This document shows positions 8,842-18,520 of a stretch of DNA of 32,000 nt, piece by piece. How positions within the stretch are numbered: the first letter of the stretch is position 1; each line of letters starts with the position of its first letter. The notes under the pieces were generated by a model. That model saw only the letters and a list, made by a program, of their open reading frames with translations, made no database searches and was not told where the DNA came from. The position numbers and the translations under genes are program-made. Location: the NCBI RefSeq assembly GCF_001457595.1, contig NZ_LN831039.1, positions 4,560,001-4,592,000 on the forward strand, written 5' to 3'. Source of the stretch: Mycolicibacterium smegmatis. Its GTDB lineage: Bacteria; Actinomycetota; Actinomycetes; Mycobacteriales; Mycobacteriaceae.

Positions 8842-8844
8842 TAG
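7783..8844 (+). CDS. IS630-family transposase, 353 aa, apparently intact DDE catalytic set
   Basis: HTH AARQVGVSRPTVIKWRDRF, catalytic contexts VVLCVDEKSQIQ, HVVCDNYHTHKH and SGSWLNLVEVFFSIITRQ, with no internal stop. Confidence 0.95.
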   Translation: MPSSTLVISSEDRVTLESWTRSSTVPAGRVERARIVLAVADGAGTSGAARQVGVSRPTVIKWRDRFAAFGIEGLDDEPRSGRPKTVDDAEILATTLEPPPESLAVTHWSSRLLGKHLGIGDATVARAWRRYGVKPWRRETFKFSTDPELEAKVRDVIGLYLNPPEKAVVLCVDEKSQIQALNRTQPILPLRPGLPEKATHDYQRNGTATLFAALEIATGKVTDRCYERHGKAEFLDFLKTVARAYPRRKLHVVCDNYHTHKHADINAWLVKNPRVTLHFTPTSGSWLNLVEVFFSIITRQAIRRGSFNSVKELIAAISAFIEGWNQRAHPFVWTKTADEILPHTRKQTSDARH

Positions 8845-8882
8845 GCGCGGTGCCACGGTGCCAGGTGCCGGGTGCCGGGTGG

Positions 8883-10268
8883 TTAGGCGCCCTTGAGACG
8901 CACGGCGAGGTAGTCGGAGACCTTGTCGATCGCGATGCGTTCCTGGGTCATGGCGTCGCGCTCGCGGATGGTCACGGCGTTGTCCTCGAGTGAGTCGAAG
9001 TCGACGGTGACGCAGTACGGCGTGCCGATCTCGTCCTGGCGGCGGTAGCGACGGCCGATCGCGCCTGCGTCGTCGAACTCGACGTTCCAGTTCCTGCGCA
9101 GTTCGGCCGCGAGGTCGCGGGCCTTGGGCGACAGGTCGGCGTGGCGCGACAGCGGCAGCACCGCGGCCTTGACCGGCGCCAGACGCGGATCGAGCTTGAG
9201 CACCGTGCGCTTGTCGACGCCGCCCTTGGCATTGGGGGCCTCGTCCTCGGTGTAGGCGTCGACCAGGAACGCCATGAGCGAGCGGGTCAGGCCGGCTGCG
9301 GGCTCGATGACGTACGGCACGTAACGGGTGTCGGCGGCCTGATCGTAGAACGACAGATCGACGCCGGAATGCTTTGCGTGCGTGGACAGGTCGAAATTCG
9401 TGCGGTTGGCGACGCCTTCGAGCTCACCCCACGGGTTGCCCTGGAAGCCGAACTTGTACTCGATGTCGACGGTGCGGTCGCTGTAGTGCGACAGCTTCTC
9501 CTTGGGGTGCTCGTACAGGCGCAGGTTGTCGCGGTCGATGCCCAGGTCGACGTACCACTGCAGGCGCGTGTCGATCCAGTACTGGTGCCATTCGGCCGCG
9601 GTCGACGGCTCGACGAAGAACTCCATCTCCATCTGCTCGAACTCACGCGTGCGGAAGATGAAGTTGCCCGGGGTGATCTCGTTGCGGAAGCTCTTGCCGA
9701 TCTGGCCGATGCCGAACGGCGGCTTCTTGCGCGCGGTGGTCACCACGTTGGCGAAGTTGACGAAGATGCCCTGCGCGGTCTCGGGCCGCAGGTAGTGCAG
9801 GCCGTCCTCGGACTCGATGGGCCCGAGGTAGGTCTTGAGCATCATGTTGAAGTCACGCGGCTCGGTCCACTGCCCCTTGGTGCCGCAGTCGGGGCAGGAG
9901 ATCTCGCTCATGGGCACCGAGTCGGGATCGTCGATCCCTTTCTTCTCGGCGTACGCCTCCTGCATGTGGTCCTGACGGTGCCGCTTGTGGCAGCTCAGGC
10001 ACTCCACCAGCGGGTCGTTGAACACCTCGACGTGGCCCGAGGCCACCCACACCTGACGCGGCAGGATGATCGCGGAGTCCAGGCCCACGACGTCGTCGCG
10101 GCCCGTGACCACCGACTTCCACCACTGGCGCTTGATGTTCTCCTTGAGTTCGACACCGAGTGGGCCGTAGTCCCACGCGGACTTGGTGCCGCCGTAGATC
10201 TCGCCGGATTGGTAGACCAGGCCGCGGCGTTTCGCCAGGTTCGCAACGGTGTCGATGATGGAAGCCAC
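8883..10268 (-). CDS. glyS: Glycyl-tRNA synthetase (class II, bacterial homodimeric form)
   Basis: 461 aa: [54 protein letters not shown]...; [25 protein letters not shown] motif. Confidence 0.97.
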   Translation of the reverse strand: MASIIDTVANLAKRRGLVYQSGEIYGGTKSAWDYGPLGVELKENIKRQWWKSVVTGRDDVVGLDSAIILPRQVWVASGHVEVFNDPLVECLSCHKRHRQDHMQEAYAEKKGIDDPDSVPMSEISCPDCGTKGQWTEPRDFNMMLKTYLGPIESEDGLHYLRPETAQGIFVNFANVVTTARKKPPFGIGQIGKSFRNEITPGNFIFRTREFEQMEMEFFVEPSTAAEWHQYWIDTRLQWYVDLGIDRDNLRLYEHPKEKLSHYSDRTVDIEYKFGFQGNPWGELEGVANRTNFDLSTHAKHSGVDLSFYDQAADTRYVPYVIEPAAGLTRSLMAFLVDAYTEDEAPNAKGGVDKRTVLKLDPRLAPVKAAVLPLSRHADLSPKARDLAAELRRNWNVEFDDAGAIGRRYRRQDEIGTPYCVTVDFDSLEDNAVTIRERDAMTQERIAIDKVSDYLAVRLKGA

Positions 10269-10352
10269 GGTGCAACAGAGTAGCGAGTTACCGGGGTGAA
10301 ACCCGAACCGCGTGATCGACCGCTCGTCGGACGCGGTTGCGCGGACCCGTTG

Positions 10353-10405
10353 ACATGCGAATCAGCGCATGTATTCTGATCGGTAATGAAAACGATTTCC
10401 AATTT
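10353..10405. promoter_or_regulatory. Candidate smtB-zur operator/promoter region: SmtB-like inverted repeat, -10 element and Zur-box-like sequence
   Basis: ACATGCG-N6-CGCATGT at 10353-10372; -10-like TATTCT at 10372-10377; AATGAAAACGATTTCCAATTT overlapping the smtB ATG (10386). Confidence 0.5.
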
Positions 10406-10748
10406 GACCGAACACGGCGAGGCCCACGACCACGCCGGTACCCCGGCACCCGCACTGCCGTCGCGCGACGTGCTGGAGACCGCGGGCGAACTGTTGCGGG
10501 CGCTCGCCGCGCCGCTGCGGATCGCGATCGTTTTGCAGCTGAAGCAGTCACAGCGGTGTGTGCACGAGTTGGTCGACGCGCTCGACGTCCCGCAACCCCT
10601 GGTCAGCCAGCACCTGCGCATCCTCAAGCAGGCTGGCGTGGTGTCGAGTGAGCGGGCAGGCCGCGAGGTGCTCTACCGCCTCGTCGACCATCACCTCGCA
10701 CACATCGTGGTCGACGCGATCGCACACGCCAGCGAGGACCGCAGGTGA
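10386..10748 (+). CDS. smtB: ArsR/SmtB-family zinc-responsive transcriptional repressor
   Basis: 120 aa: LLRALAAPLRIAIVLQLKQSQRCVHELVDALDVPQPLVSQHLRILKQAGVVSSERAGREVLYRLVDHHLAHIVVDAIAHA; winged HTH; directly upstream of the Fur-family gene as in mycobacterial smtB-zur. Confidence 0.9.
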   Translation: MKTISNLTEHGEAHDHAGTPAPALPSRDVLETAGELLRALAAPLRIAIVLQLKQSQRCVHELVDALDVPQPLVSQHLRILKQAGVVSSERAGREVLYRLVDHHLAHIVVDAIAHASEDRR

Positions 10749-11164
10749 CCGGCGCGGTCCGCTCGACGCGGCAGCGGGCGGCCATCGCGGACCTGCTCAA
10801 CGAGACCGAGGGCTTCCGCTCGGCACAGGAACTGCACGACGAGCTGCGCCGGCGCGGCGAGGGCATCGGGCTGACGACGGTGTACCGCACACTGCAGGCC
10901 ATGGCCACCGCGGGCGTCGTCGACACGTTGCGCACCGACACCGGTGAGTCGGTGTACCGCCGCTGCTCCGAGCACCATCACCACCACCTGGTGTGCCGGT
11001 CATGCGGATCGACGGTCGAGGTGTCCGGCGGCGACGTCGAGACCTGGGCCGCGCAGGTCGCGCGCGATCACGGGTTCTCCGACGTCAGCCACACGATCGA
11101 GATCTTCGGGGTGTGCGGCGACTGCGTCGATCGGCCCGCCGGGAACCAGCCTCAAACCAGTTGA
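10745..11164 (+). CDS. zur: Fur-family zinc uptake regulator Zur (FurB)
   Basis: 139 aa: TRQRAAIADLLNETEGFRSAQELHDELRRRGEGIGLTTVYRTLQAMATAGVVDTLRTDTGESVYRRCSEHHHHHLVCRSCGSTVEV; ATGA-type overlap with smtB at 10745-10748. Confidence 0.93.
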   Translation: MTGAVRSTRQRAAIADLLNETEGFRSAQELHDELRRRGEGIGLTTVYRTLQAMATAGVVDTLRTDTGESVYRRCSEHHHHHLVCRSCGSTVEVSGGDVETWAAQVARDHGFSDVSHTIEIFGVCGDCVDRPAGNQPQTS

Positions 11165-11168
11165 GGAA

Positions 11169-11573
11169 CTAGACGAGCTCGCGCGCGAGCGCCAGCACTG
11201 TGTCGCGCGTCAGCGGCGCCAGTTCCACATCACCGGGCGAAGCCGGATCGACCCACGCCATCTCCTCGATCTCGGCCGCAGCGGCCGGCGTGCCGTGCAA
11301 CCGCACGAGGTACAGGTACGCGTCGACGGTGTGGCCGGGTTCGTTGGCGGCGACCGCGTGATGACGTCCCAGGGAGCGCACCGACATCGGGTCCACCGCG
11401 GTGCCCAACTCCTCGACAACCTCGCGTTGCAGTGCGGCCAGCGGCTGCTCCCCCGGTTCGATCTTGCCGCCCGGCTGCATGAACGCCGTCGTCCCGCGCT
11501 TGCGGACGACGAGCACGTGGCCGTCGTCGTCGAGCACCACGGCCGCCACGATCCGCAGGACCGGATCGGTCAC
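11169..11573 (-). CDS. Nudix hydrolase
   Basis: From GTG at 11573: VTDPVLRIVAAVVLDDDGHVLVVRKRGTTAFMQPGGKIEPGEQPLAALQREVVEELGT (Nudix box GX5EX7REVXEEXG). The longer track ORF to 11858 has an implausible N-terminus. Confidence 0.88.
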   Translation of the reverse strand: MTDPVLRIVAAVVLDDDGHVLVVRKRGTTAFMQPGGKIEPGEQPLAALQREVVEELGTAVDPMSVRSLGRHHAVAANEPGHTVDAYLYLVRLHGTPAAAAEIEEMAWVDPASPGDVELAPLTRDTVLALARELV

Positions 11574-12034
11574 GACGTGAGGTCCCGGCGCACGTCGGCA
11601 CCGGTTTCCAGCACCATGAGGATCAGCGTGCGCAGCGCGTCGTCGGTGAGCCCGGCGGCCGGGAAGTTGTACCGCAGCATGACGTCCGCGACCTTCTTGG
11701 TGGAGCCCTTGCGCGTCGTGGTCTTGGGTCCCGTGCCGTTGACCGGCGTCGCGGGCCCGTCGGCCGCCTTCTCCACCAACACCACCGACCCGAGCATCGT
11801 GCGGTTCGCGTGACCGGCCACGCGTTCGCGAATCTTGTTGTTCAGCGGCAGATCCCACGCGAGCGGCTGCGTCAGCGACACCATCTCCAGGTCCTCGGCG
11901 ATCGCGACGACACGCACCAGGGCGACCGAACCCTCGGACGTGATGGTCAGCGCGCCGTCGGCCTCTTCGGCGACCGACATCACCTCGGCCAGCACCGTGG
12001 ACAACCGTTGCAGCAGACCTGGCATCGCGTTCAC
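11570..12034 (-). CDS. Conserved hypothetical protein, possibly YbjN-like fold
   Basis: 154 aa complete ORF between the uppS and Nudix genes; GTGA overlap with the downstream gene. The fold assignment is tentative. Confidence 0.7.
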   Translation of the reverse strand: MNAMPGLLQRLSTVLAEVMSVAEEADGALTITSEGSVALVRVVAIAEDLEMVSLTQPLAWDLPLNNKIRERVAGHANRTMLGSVVLVEKAADGPATPVNGTGPKTTTRKGSTKKVADVMLRYNFPAAGLTDDALRTLILMVLETGADVRRDLTS

Positions 12035-12038
12035 CCCC

Positions 12039-12920
12039 TCACGCCCGGCCGAAGCGCCGGTTGCGATTGACGTACTCCTCGCATGCCGCCCACAGATCGC
12101 GCCGGTCGTAGTCCGGCCACAGCTTGTCCTGGAACACGTACTCGGCGTAGGCCGCCTGCCACAGCAGAAAGTTACTGGCCCGCTGTTCGCCCGACGTGCG
12201 GATGAACAGGTCGACGTCGGGGATGTCGGCGCGGTGCAGGTGCTTGGCGAACATGGCCTCGCTGATGCGGGCCGGGTTGATCTTTCCGTCCACGGCCTCC
12301 TGCGCCAACGCGCGTGCGGCCTCGACGATCTCGGTGCGGCCGCCGTAGTTGACGCAGTAGTTGATCGTGATGACGTCGTTGTCCACGGTCATCTGCTCGG
12401 CGATGTCGAACTCTTTGATGACACTGCGCCACATACGCGGCCGCGAGCCGACCCAGCGCATCCGCACGCCCATGTCGTTGAGGTTCTCGCGGCGGCGGCG
12501 CACCACCTCACGGTTGAACCCCATGAGGAACCGGACCTCCTCGGTGCTGCGCTTCCAGTTCTCGGTGGAGAACGCGTAGACCGTCAGGTGCTTGATGCCG
12601 ATCTCGATGGCGCCGCACGTGATGTCGATGAGCACCGCCTCACCCATCTTGTGCCCCTCGGTGCGGCCCAGGCCGCGCTGCGTGGCCCAGCGGCCGTTGC
12701 CGTCCATCACCACCGCGACGTGGTTGGGCACCTGGTCCGCCGGGATTTTCGGCGCGGCGGCCTTGGAGGTGTGTTGCGGCGGACGCGCGAAGCGACCGTT
12801 GGTGCCCGCCGGGATCTCGGGGAAGACGACGGGCCAGGTCGACTTGTCCGGGAAGGTCGGATAGTCGTCAGGCGCCGGAGGCAGTTGCGGGTAGGTCTTC
12901 TTGCCCCGTGTGGTTGCCAT
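12039..12920 (-). CDS. uppS: Polyprenyl (decaprenyl) diphosphate synthase, cis-prenyltransferase family
   Basis: [29 protein letters not shown]...[10 protein letters not shown]...[31 protein letters not shown]. Start MATTRGKK at 12920; the 355-aa track ORF is over-extended into recO. Confidence 0.95.
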   Translation of the reverse strand: MATTRGKKTYPQLPPAPDDYPTFPDKSTWPVVFPEIPAGTNGRFARPPQHTSKAAAPKIPADQVPNHVAVVMDGNGRWATQRGLGRTEGHKMGEAVLIDITCGAIEIGIKHLTVYAFSTENWKRSTEEVRFLMGFNREVVRRRRENLNDMGVRMRWVGSRPRMWRSVIKEFDIAEQMTVDNDVITINYCVNYGGRTEIVEAARALAQEAVDGKINPARISEAMFAKHLHRADIPDVDLFIRTSGEQRASNFLLWQAAYAEYVFQDKLWPDYDRRDLWAACEEYVNRNRRFGRA

Positions 12921-13710
12921 GCGCCATATCCTGCCTGACCAGCGCTGCGCGTTGCTCGGCGACCGTCCTGTCGACGCGGTACCCGCGCTCGACCAGAGGC
13001 AATGTGCGCAGTTGACGCTCCAGATGCCATTGCAGGTGTGCGGCGATGAGCCCGCTGGCCTGGCTGCGGTGCGGCGGTGTCGAGGATTCGGCGTACTCCC
13101 AGTCACCGTCGTGCAGCGCCGACATCAACTCGAGGACCGCCTGCGGCGGGGTGCTCGACCCGCTGGGCCTGCAGTGCACGCACACGCTGCCGCCCGCGGC
13201 GACATGGAACGCCCGGTGCGGTCCTGGCGCGGCGCAGCGCGCGCACTCGGTCAGCGCGGGCGCCCAGCCTGCGATGGCCATCGCCCGCAGCAGATAGGAG
13301 TCGAGCACGAGTTCGCGAGCCCGTGCGCCGTCGGCGATCGCCCGCAGTGCCGCCACGGTCAGCCGGTGCAGTGCCGGCATCGGCGCACGCTCCTCGCCGG
13401 CCAGCCGCTCGGCGGTCTCCAGCATCGCGCAGGCGGTGGTGTACCGCCCGTAGTCACTGACGATGTCGGCGGCAAACGCGTCGATGGCCTGAACCTGGGT
13501 GACGATGTCGAGATTGCGGCCCGGATGCAATTGCACATCGATATGAGCAAACGGTTCGAGTCGAGCGCCGAACTTGCTGCGGGTACGGCGGACCCCCTTG
13601 GCCACCGCGCGGACCAACCCATGGTCGCGGGTGAGCAGGGTGACGATCCGGTCGGCCTCGCCAAGCTTGTGCTGACGCAGTACCACCGCCCGGTCACGGT
13701 ACAGCCGCAT
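12868..13710 (-). CDS. recO: DNA repair protein RecO
   Basis: 280 aa: [54 protein letters not shown]. Confidence 0.95.
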   Translation of the reverse strand: MRLYRDRAVVLRQHKLGEADRIVTLLTRDHGLVRAVAKGVRRTRSKFGARLEPFAHIDVQLHPGRNLDIVTQVQAIDAFAADIVSDYGRYTTACAMLETAERLAGEERAPMPALHRLTVAALRAIADGARARELVLDSYLLRAMAIAGWAPALTECARCAAPGPHRAFHVAAGGSVCVHCRPSGSSTPPQAVLELMSALHDGDWEYAESSTPPHRSQASGLIAAHLQWHLERQLRTLPLVERGYRVDRTVAEQRAALVRQDMAHGNHTGQEDLPATASGA

Positions 13711-13773
13711 GCGAACAGTCTTGCACCGTGGCCTGACAAGGCCCGACTCGCACCGCCGATATCCTCGAAAGTG

Positions 13774-15363
13774 ATGGGAAAATCAACGGCTTGCGACTCG
13801 ACGTTCCCGACGCTGACCAATCAGCTGTACCAACTCGCCAGCGGTGCCATCACTTCCGACGAGCTGGTACGGCGATCGCTGCATGCGATCAACGCGAGCC
13901 AGTCGACCCTCAACGCGTTCCGCGTGGTCCTCACCGAACAGGCGCTCGCCGACGCGGCCAAGGCCGACCGTGACCGTGCGGCCGGCAAACAGCTCCCGCT
14001 GCTGGGGGTGCCGATCGCGGTCAAGGACGACGTCGACATCGCCGGAGTGCCCACCCGGTTCGGCACGGAAGGCGACGGCCGGGTGGCCGAGGCCGACTCG
14101 GAGGTGGTGCGCAGGCTGCGCGCCGCGGGCGCGGTGATCGTCGGCAAGACCAACACGTGTGAGCTCGGGCAGTGGCATTTCACCAGCGGCCCAGGGTTCG
14201 GGCACACCCGCAACCCGTGGTCGCGCAAGCACACGCCGGGCGGCTCCTCGGGCGGCAGTGCGGCCGCGGTCGCCGCGGGCCTGGTGGCGGCGGCCATCGG
14301 TTCCGACGGTGCGGGCAGCGTCCGGATCCCGGCGGCGTGGACCCATCTGGTGGGCATCAAACCGCAGCGCGGACGCATCTCGACGTGGCCGCAGCCCGAG
14401 GCGTTCAACGGCGTCACCGTGCACGGTGTGCTGGCCCGCACCGTCGTCGACGCGGCGCTGGTGCTCGACGCGGCCTCGGGAAACGCCGACGGCGACCTGC
14501 ACAAGCCGGCGCCGATCCAGGCGTCCGACTATGTCGGGGTCGCACCGGGCCCGCTGCGCATCGCGATGTCGACGAAGATCCCGTTCACGGGTGTCCACGC
14601 GAAGATCCACCCCGAGATCCTCGCGGCCCTGCAGACGATCGCCGACCACCTCGGCGAACTCGGCCACACCGTGAAGGCCAAGGACCCGAACTACAGCATG
14701 CGGATGTCGTGGGACTTCCTGTCGCGCTCGACCGCGGGCCTGCTCGACTGGGACGACCGGCTCGACACCGCCGGCCACGGCATCGTCTACGACCAACGCA
14801 CCGTCGCCAACATGCGCATCGGTCGGCTGCTTTCGCAGAACGTGCTGCGCAAGGCGCGCGCCCACGAGGCCGCTGTGCAGCGGCGCATGTCGTGGATCTT
14901 CAACCTCGTCGACGTCATCATCGCGCCGACCACCGCCCAGCCGCCGCCACCGGTGCACGAATGCGACCGGCTCGGGTGGCTCGCGACCGAGCGCAAGGCG
15001 ATTGCGGCGTGTCCGCTGACGTGGGCGTGGAACCTGCTGGGCTGGCCGTCGATCAACGTCCCGGCCGGCTTCACCTCCGACGGGTTGCCGATCGGCGTGC
15101 AGCTCATGGGCCCGGCCGAGAGTGAACCGCTGCTGATCTCGCTGGCCGCCGAACTCGAGGCCATCACCGGCTGGGCCGCCAAAGAGCCTGCGGTGTGGTG
15201 GAACACCCCCGAGGGGCGCGGCCTGCAGACCGTTGCCGAGGTCACCACGCAACGGGTCACCGAGCCCGAGGATGAGCAGGCGGCTGTCATGACCGCCGAC
15301 GAGCGCCAGGAGCCCCGCGACGACGTGTCGCAGGCCGTCGCCGCGGTCAACGCGTTGCGCTGA
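13774..15363 (+). CDS. amiA2: Amidase (amidase-signature family), AmiA2-like
   Basis: VPIAVKDDVDIAGVPTRFGT, amidase signature HTPGGSSGGSAAAVAAGLVAAAIGSDGAGSVRIPAAWTHLVGIKP. Position between recO and era matches mycobacterial amiA2. Start ATG 13774 within track ORF 12901..15363. Confidence 0.88.
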   Translation: MGKSTACDSTFPTLTNQLYQLASGAITSDELVRRSLHAINASQSTLNAFRVVLTEQALADAAKADRDRAAGKQLPLLGVPIAVKDDVDIAGVPTRFGTEGDGRVAEADSEVVRRLRAAGAVIVGKTNTCELGQWHFTSGPGFGHTRNPWSRKHTPGGSSGGSAAAVAAGLVAAAIGSDGAGSVRIPAAWTHLVGIKPQRGRISTWPQPEAFNGVTVHGVLARTVVDAALVLDAASGNADGDLHKPAPIQASDYVGVAPGPLRIAMSTKIPFTGVHAKIHPEILAALQTIADHLGELGHTVKAKDPNYSMRMSWDFLSRSTAGLLDWDDRLDTAGHGIVYDQRTVANMRIGRLLSQNVLRKARAHEAAVQRRMSWIFNLVDVIIAPTTAQPPPPVHECDRLGWLATERKAIAACPLTWAWNLLGWPSINVPAGFTSDGLPIGVQLMGPAESEPLLISLAAELEAITGWAAKEPAVWWNTPEGRGLQTVAEVTTQRVTEPEDEQAAVMTADERQEPRDDVSQAVAAVNALR

Positions 15364-15394
15364 TCCACCTCACGCGGATCTGGCAAAGGTGAGG

Positions 15395-16300
15395 CTAGAA
15401 GCCCAGCTTGCCCAACTGTTTGGGATCGCGCTGCCAGTTCTTGGCGATCTTGACCCGAAGGTCGAGGTAAACCTTTGTGCCGAGCAGCTTTTCGATCTGC
15501 TTGCGGGCCGCGGTGCCGACCTCGCGCAGGCGGGCCCCGCCCTTGCCGATCACGATGCCCTTCTGGCTGTCGCGCTCGACGTAGAGAATCGCGTGCACGT
15601 CGATCAGGTCGTCGCGGTCCTCCCGTTGTGACACCTCGTCGATGACGACGGCCAGCGAGTGCGGCAGTTCGTCGCGCACGCCTTCGAGTGCGGCCTCGCG
15701 GATGAGCTCGGCCATGAGCACTTCCTCGGGCTCGTCGGTGAGCTCACCGTCGGGATAGTAGGCCGGCCCCGGGGGCAGCTGAGACACCAGGACATTCGTC
15801 AGGACGTCGAGTTGCTCCCCTGAGGTCGCCGACACCGGCACGATCTCGGCGTCGGGCCCCATGAGCTCGCTCACCGCGAGCAGTTGCGCGGCCACTCGGT
15901 CCTTGGGCACCTTGTCGATCTTGGTGACGATGCCGATCAACGTGGTCCTGGGCGCCACGGCGCGGATCTGCTGATAGATCCACCGGTCGCCGGGCCCGAT
16001 GGCCTCGTCGGCGGGAATGCACATGCCGATGACGTCGACCTCGGAGTAGGTGTCCTTGACCAGATCGTTGAGCCGCTGACCCAGCAGCGTGCGCGGCCTG
16101 TGCAGGCCCGGGGTGTCGACGAGGATGATCTGGAAATCCTCGCGGTGCACGATGCCGCGGATGGTGTGCCGCGTGGTCTGCGGGCGGTTCGACGTGATCG
16201 CGACCTTCTGACCCACCAGGGCATTGGTCAGCGTCGACTTGCCGGTGTTCGGCCTGCCGACGAAACACACGAAGCCGGAACGGAATTCAGTCAACGCCAA
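15395..16300 (-). CDS. era: GTPase Era
   Basis: 301 aa: GFVCFVGRPNTGKSTLTNALVGQKVAITSNRPQTTRH...VDTPGL...TKIDK, with C-terminal KH-domain-like VIGKGGARLREVGTAARKQIEKLLG. Confidence 0.97.
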   Translation of the reverse strand: MALTEFRSGFVCFVGRPNTGKSTLTNALVGQKVAITSNRPQTTRHTIRGIVHREDFQIILVDTPGLHRPRTLLGQRLNDLVKDTYSEVDVIGMCIPADEAIGPGDRWIYQQIRAVAPRTTLIGIVTKIDKVPKDRVAAQLLAVSELMGPDAEIVPVSATSGEQLDVLTNVLVSQLPPGPAYYPDGELTDEPEEVLMAELIREAALEGVRDELPHSLAVVIDEVSQREDRDDLIDVHAILYVERDSQKGIVIGKGGARLREVGTAARKQIEKLLGTKVYLDLRVKIAKNWQRDPKQLGKLGF

Positions 16301-16306
16301 CCCCTG

Positions 16307-16624
16307 TCATACCGGCGCACCCGCCCGATCGGTGACGATCACCGTGGCGTCGGCCGAAAGTTCTTTCACCGCGGCGACTCCGGCGTCGTCGCCCGAACCG
16401 CCCACCAGGACCGCGGCCTCGATTCCCGTCGCACCGCTGGAGACCGCGGCGGCCACCGCGGACTGCAGCGCGGTGAGCTGCAGCGCGGCCAGTGTCACCG
16501 GCGCGCCGGCATACGTGCGGCCGTCCTGATCGCGCACCGCGGCGCCCGATCCGGCCTCGGCGCGCGCCATCGCCCCTCGGGCGAGCACGACGAGCTTGGC
16601 GTCCTCGGCGTCGAGTTCACTCAT
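16307..16624 (-). CDS. Cytidine-deaminase-like small protein lacking zinc ligands
   Basis: [80 protein letters not shown]...: CDA-like layout with no cysteine. Start chosen at MSELD (16624). Confidence 0.75.
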   Translation of the reverse strand: MSELDAEDAKLVVLARGAMARAEAGSGAAVRDQDGRTYAGAPVTLAALQLTALQSAVAAAVSSGATGIEAAVLVGGSGDDAGVAAVKELSADATVIVTDRAGAPV

Positions 16625-17987
16625 CCTTTTCTCCTCCTCGCGAGCGATCGCCCCTGTCGCCTCGGCGCGTGCGGCCACTGTTCTCATCGCCCGGCACGGT
16701 GTGCAACTCGGGCTCGACGGGTTCGGTGGGGCACACCAGCACGGTGTTGATGCGGACCCGGCCGCGGTGGTCGGGGCCGCCCTCGGCACGCAGGCGTAGC
16801 CCTTCCCAGGTCACCTCGGCGCCGGGCAGCGGAACACGGCCCAGCTCGAAGGCCATCAGCCCGCCGACGGTGTCGACGTCGAGATCCTCGTCGAGTTCGA
16901 GTTCGTAGAGTTCGGCGAGGTCTTCGATCGGCAGCCGCGCGGACACACGGTAGATGTGGTCGTCGATCTCGTCGACCGGGGCCACCTCGTCGGTGTCGTA
17001 CTCGTCGGCGATCTCACCGACGATCTCCTCCAGCACGTCTTCGATCGTCACCAGCCCAGCCGTCGCGCCGTATTCGTCGACCAGCAGGGCCATGTGGTTG
17101 CGGTCGCGCTGCATCTCGCTGAGCAGTTCGTCGAGCGGCTTGGAATCCGGCACGAACACCGCCGGACGCATCACCTGCGCGACCGTGGTGTCGCGTCCCC
17201 CGTTGGTGGAGTAGTACGTCTGCTGCACAAGGTCTTTGAGGTAGACCACGCCGACGATGTCGTCGACGTTCTCACCGATCACCGGGATCCGGGAATGGCC
17301 GCTGCGCACCGCGAGCGACGTGGCCTGGCCCGCGGTCTTGTCGGCCTCGATCCACACCATCTCGGTGCGCGGCACCATCACCTCGCGTGCGGCGGTGTCA
17401 CCGAGTTCGAACACCGACTGGATCATCCGGCGCTCCTCGTCGGCCACCACGCCGCGCTGCTGCGCGAGGTCCACGACCTCACGCAGTTCGATCTCGGACG
17501 CGAACGGCCCGTTGCGGAAACCACGGCCGGGGGTGAGCGCGTTGCCGAGCAGCACCAGCAGGCGGCTGATCGGGGTCAGCAGCACCGAGAGCGCCTGCAG
17601 CGGGATGGCCGACATCAACGCGATGGAGTAGGCGTTCTGCCTGCCCACGGTCCTGGGACCGACACCCATCGCGACGAAGCTCGTGACGACCATGATGGCC
17701 GCGGCGGTGACCAGGCCCCAGCTGACGCCGAGGAGCCCGTCGAGGATCGACGCCAGCAGCACCGTGGCGGTGACCTCGCAGATGATCCGCAGCAGCACAA
17801 CAAGATTGATGTAGCGGGGACGCTCGGCGACCACCGTCGCCAGACGTGCGGCGCCGGGACGTTCGTCGCGCACCAGTTCGTCGATGCGGGCGATCGAAAC
17901 CGTGGACAACGCCGCGTCGATGGCCGCGAACAGACCGCCGAAGACCACCAGGGTGATCACGCCGATCAGCGGTAGGAGTCCGGTCAC
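16617..17987 (-). CDS. CorC/HlyC-family (CNNM + CBS pair) membrane protein
   Basis: N-terminal membrane domain ([28 protein letters not shown]), CBS-region [51 protein letters not shown], and C-terminal transporter-associated domain. Start GTG 17987. Confidence 0.93.
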   Translation of the reverse strand: MTGLLPLIGVITLVVFGGLFAAIDAALSTVSIARIDELVRDERPGAARLATVVAERPRYINLVVLLRIICEVTATVLLASILDGLLGVSWGLVTAAAIMVVTSFVAMGVGPRTVGRQNAYSIALMSAIPLQALSVLLTPISRLLVLLGNALTPGRGFRNGPFASEIELREVVDLAQQRGVVADEERRMIQSVFELGDTAAREVMVPRTEMVWIEADKTAGQATSLAVRSGHSRIPVIGENVDDIVGVVYLKDLVQQTYYSTNGGRDTTVAQVMRPAVFVPDSKPLDELLSEMQRDRNHMALLVDEYGATAGLVTIEDVLEEIVGEIADEYDTDEVAPVDEIDDHIYRVSARLPIEDLAELYELELDEDLDVDTVGGLMAFELGRVPLPGAEVTWEGLRLRAEGGPDHRGRVRINTVLVCPTEPVEPELHTVPGDENSGRTRRGDRGDRSRGGEKDE

Positions 17988-18520
17988 GGTTCGTCGAAGT
18001 ATCGGGACTTGTCCAGCAGCCGTCGATCTTTCTCGCTCTGCCGGTCGGCGTGGTAGGCCTCGACCTGATCGGCCACCCATTCCTCCAGCAGCTGACGCTG
18101 CAGGGCGAACATCTCTTTTTCCTCGTCCGGCTCGGCGTGGTCGTACCCGAGCAGGTGCAGCACACCGTGCACGGTCAGCAGCGCCAGCTCGTGGCCCAGC
18201 GAATGCCCGGCCTTGGCGGCCTGTTGTTCGGCGAACTCGGGGCACAGCACGATGTCACCGAGCATCGCCGGACCCGGCTCGGGCGCATCCGGACGTCCGC
18301 CCGGCTCGAGCTCGTCCATCGGGAAGCTCATGACATCGGTGGGACCGGGCAGGTCCATCCACCGCATGTGCAGATCGGCCATCGCGGCGCTGTCGAGCAG
18401 CACCATCGACAGCTCGGCGGCGGGATGGACGTCCATCTTCTCGATGACGAACCGCGCGACGCTGATCAGCTCGGGTTCGGAGACGTCGTAACCCGATTCG
18501 TTGGAGACCTCGATGCTCAT
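17984..18520 (-). CDS. ybeY: rRNA maturation RNase YbeY
   Basis: 178 aa with H3XH5XH signature: [31 protein letters not shown]. Confidence 0.96.
   Translation of the reverse strand: MSIEVSNESGYDVSEPELISVARFVIEKMDVHPAAELSMVLLDSAAMADLHMRWMDLPGPTDVMSFPMDELEPGGRPDAPEPGPAMLGDIVLCPEFAEQQAAKAGHSLGHELALLTVHGVLHLLGYDHAEPDEEKEMFALQRQLLEEWVADQVEAYHADRQSEKDRRLLDKSRYFDEP

Noticed and set aside
11574-11858. Upstream extension of the Nudix ORF
   Set aside because: It overlaps the coherent 154-aa minus-strand gene, and the Nudix domain begins at VTDPVLRIVAAV from GTG 11573.
12901-13773. 291-aa N-terminal extension of the amidase ORF
   Set aside because: It is antisense to recO. The amidase homology and plausible start begin at 13774.
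13783-15252. 489-aa minus-strand ORF antisense to the amidase
   Set aside because: Shadow frame; no recognisable domain, while the plus strand encodes a full amidase signature.
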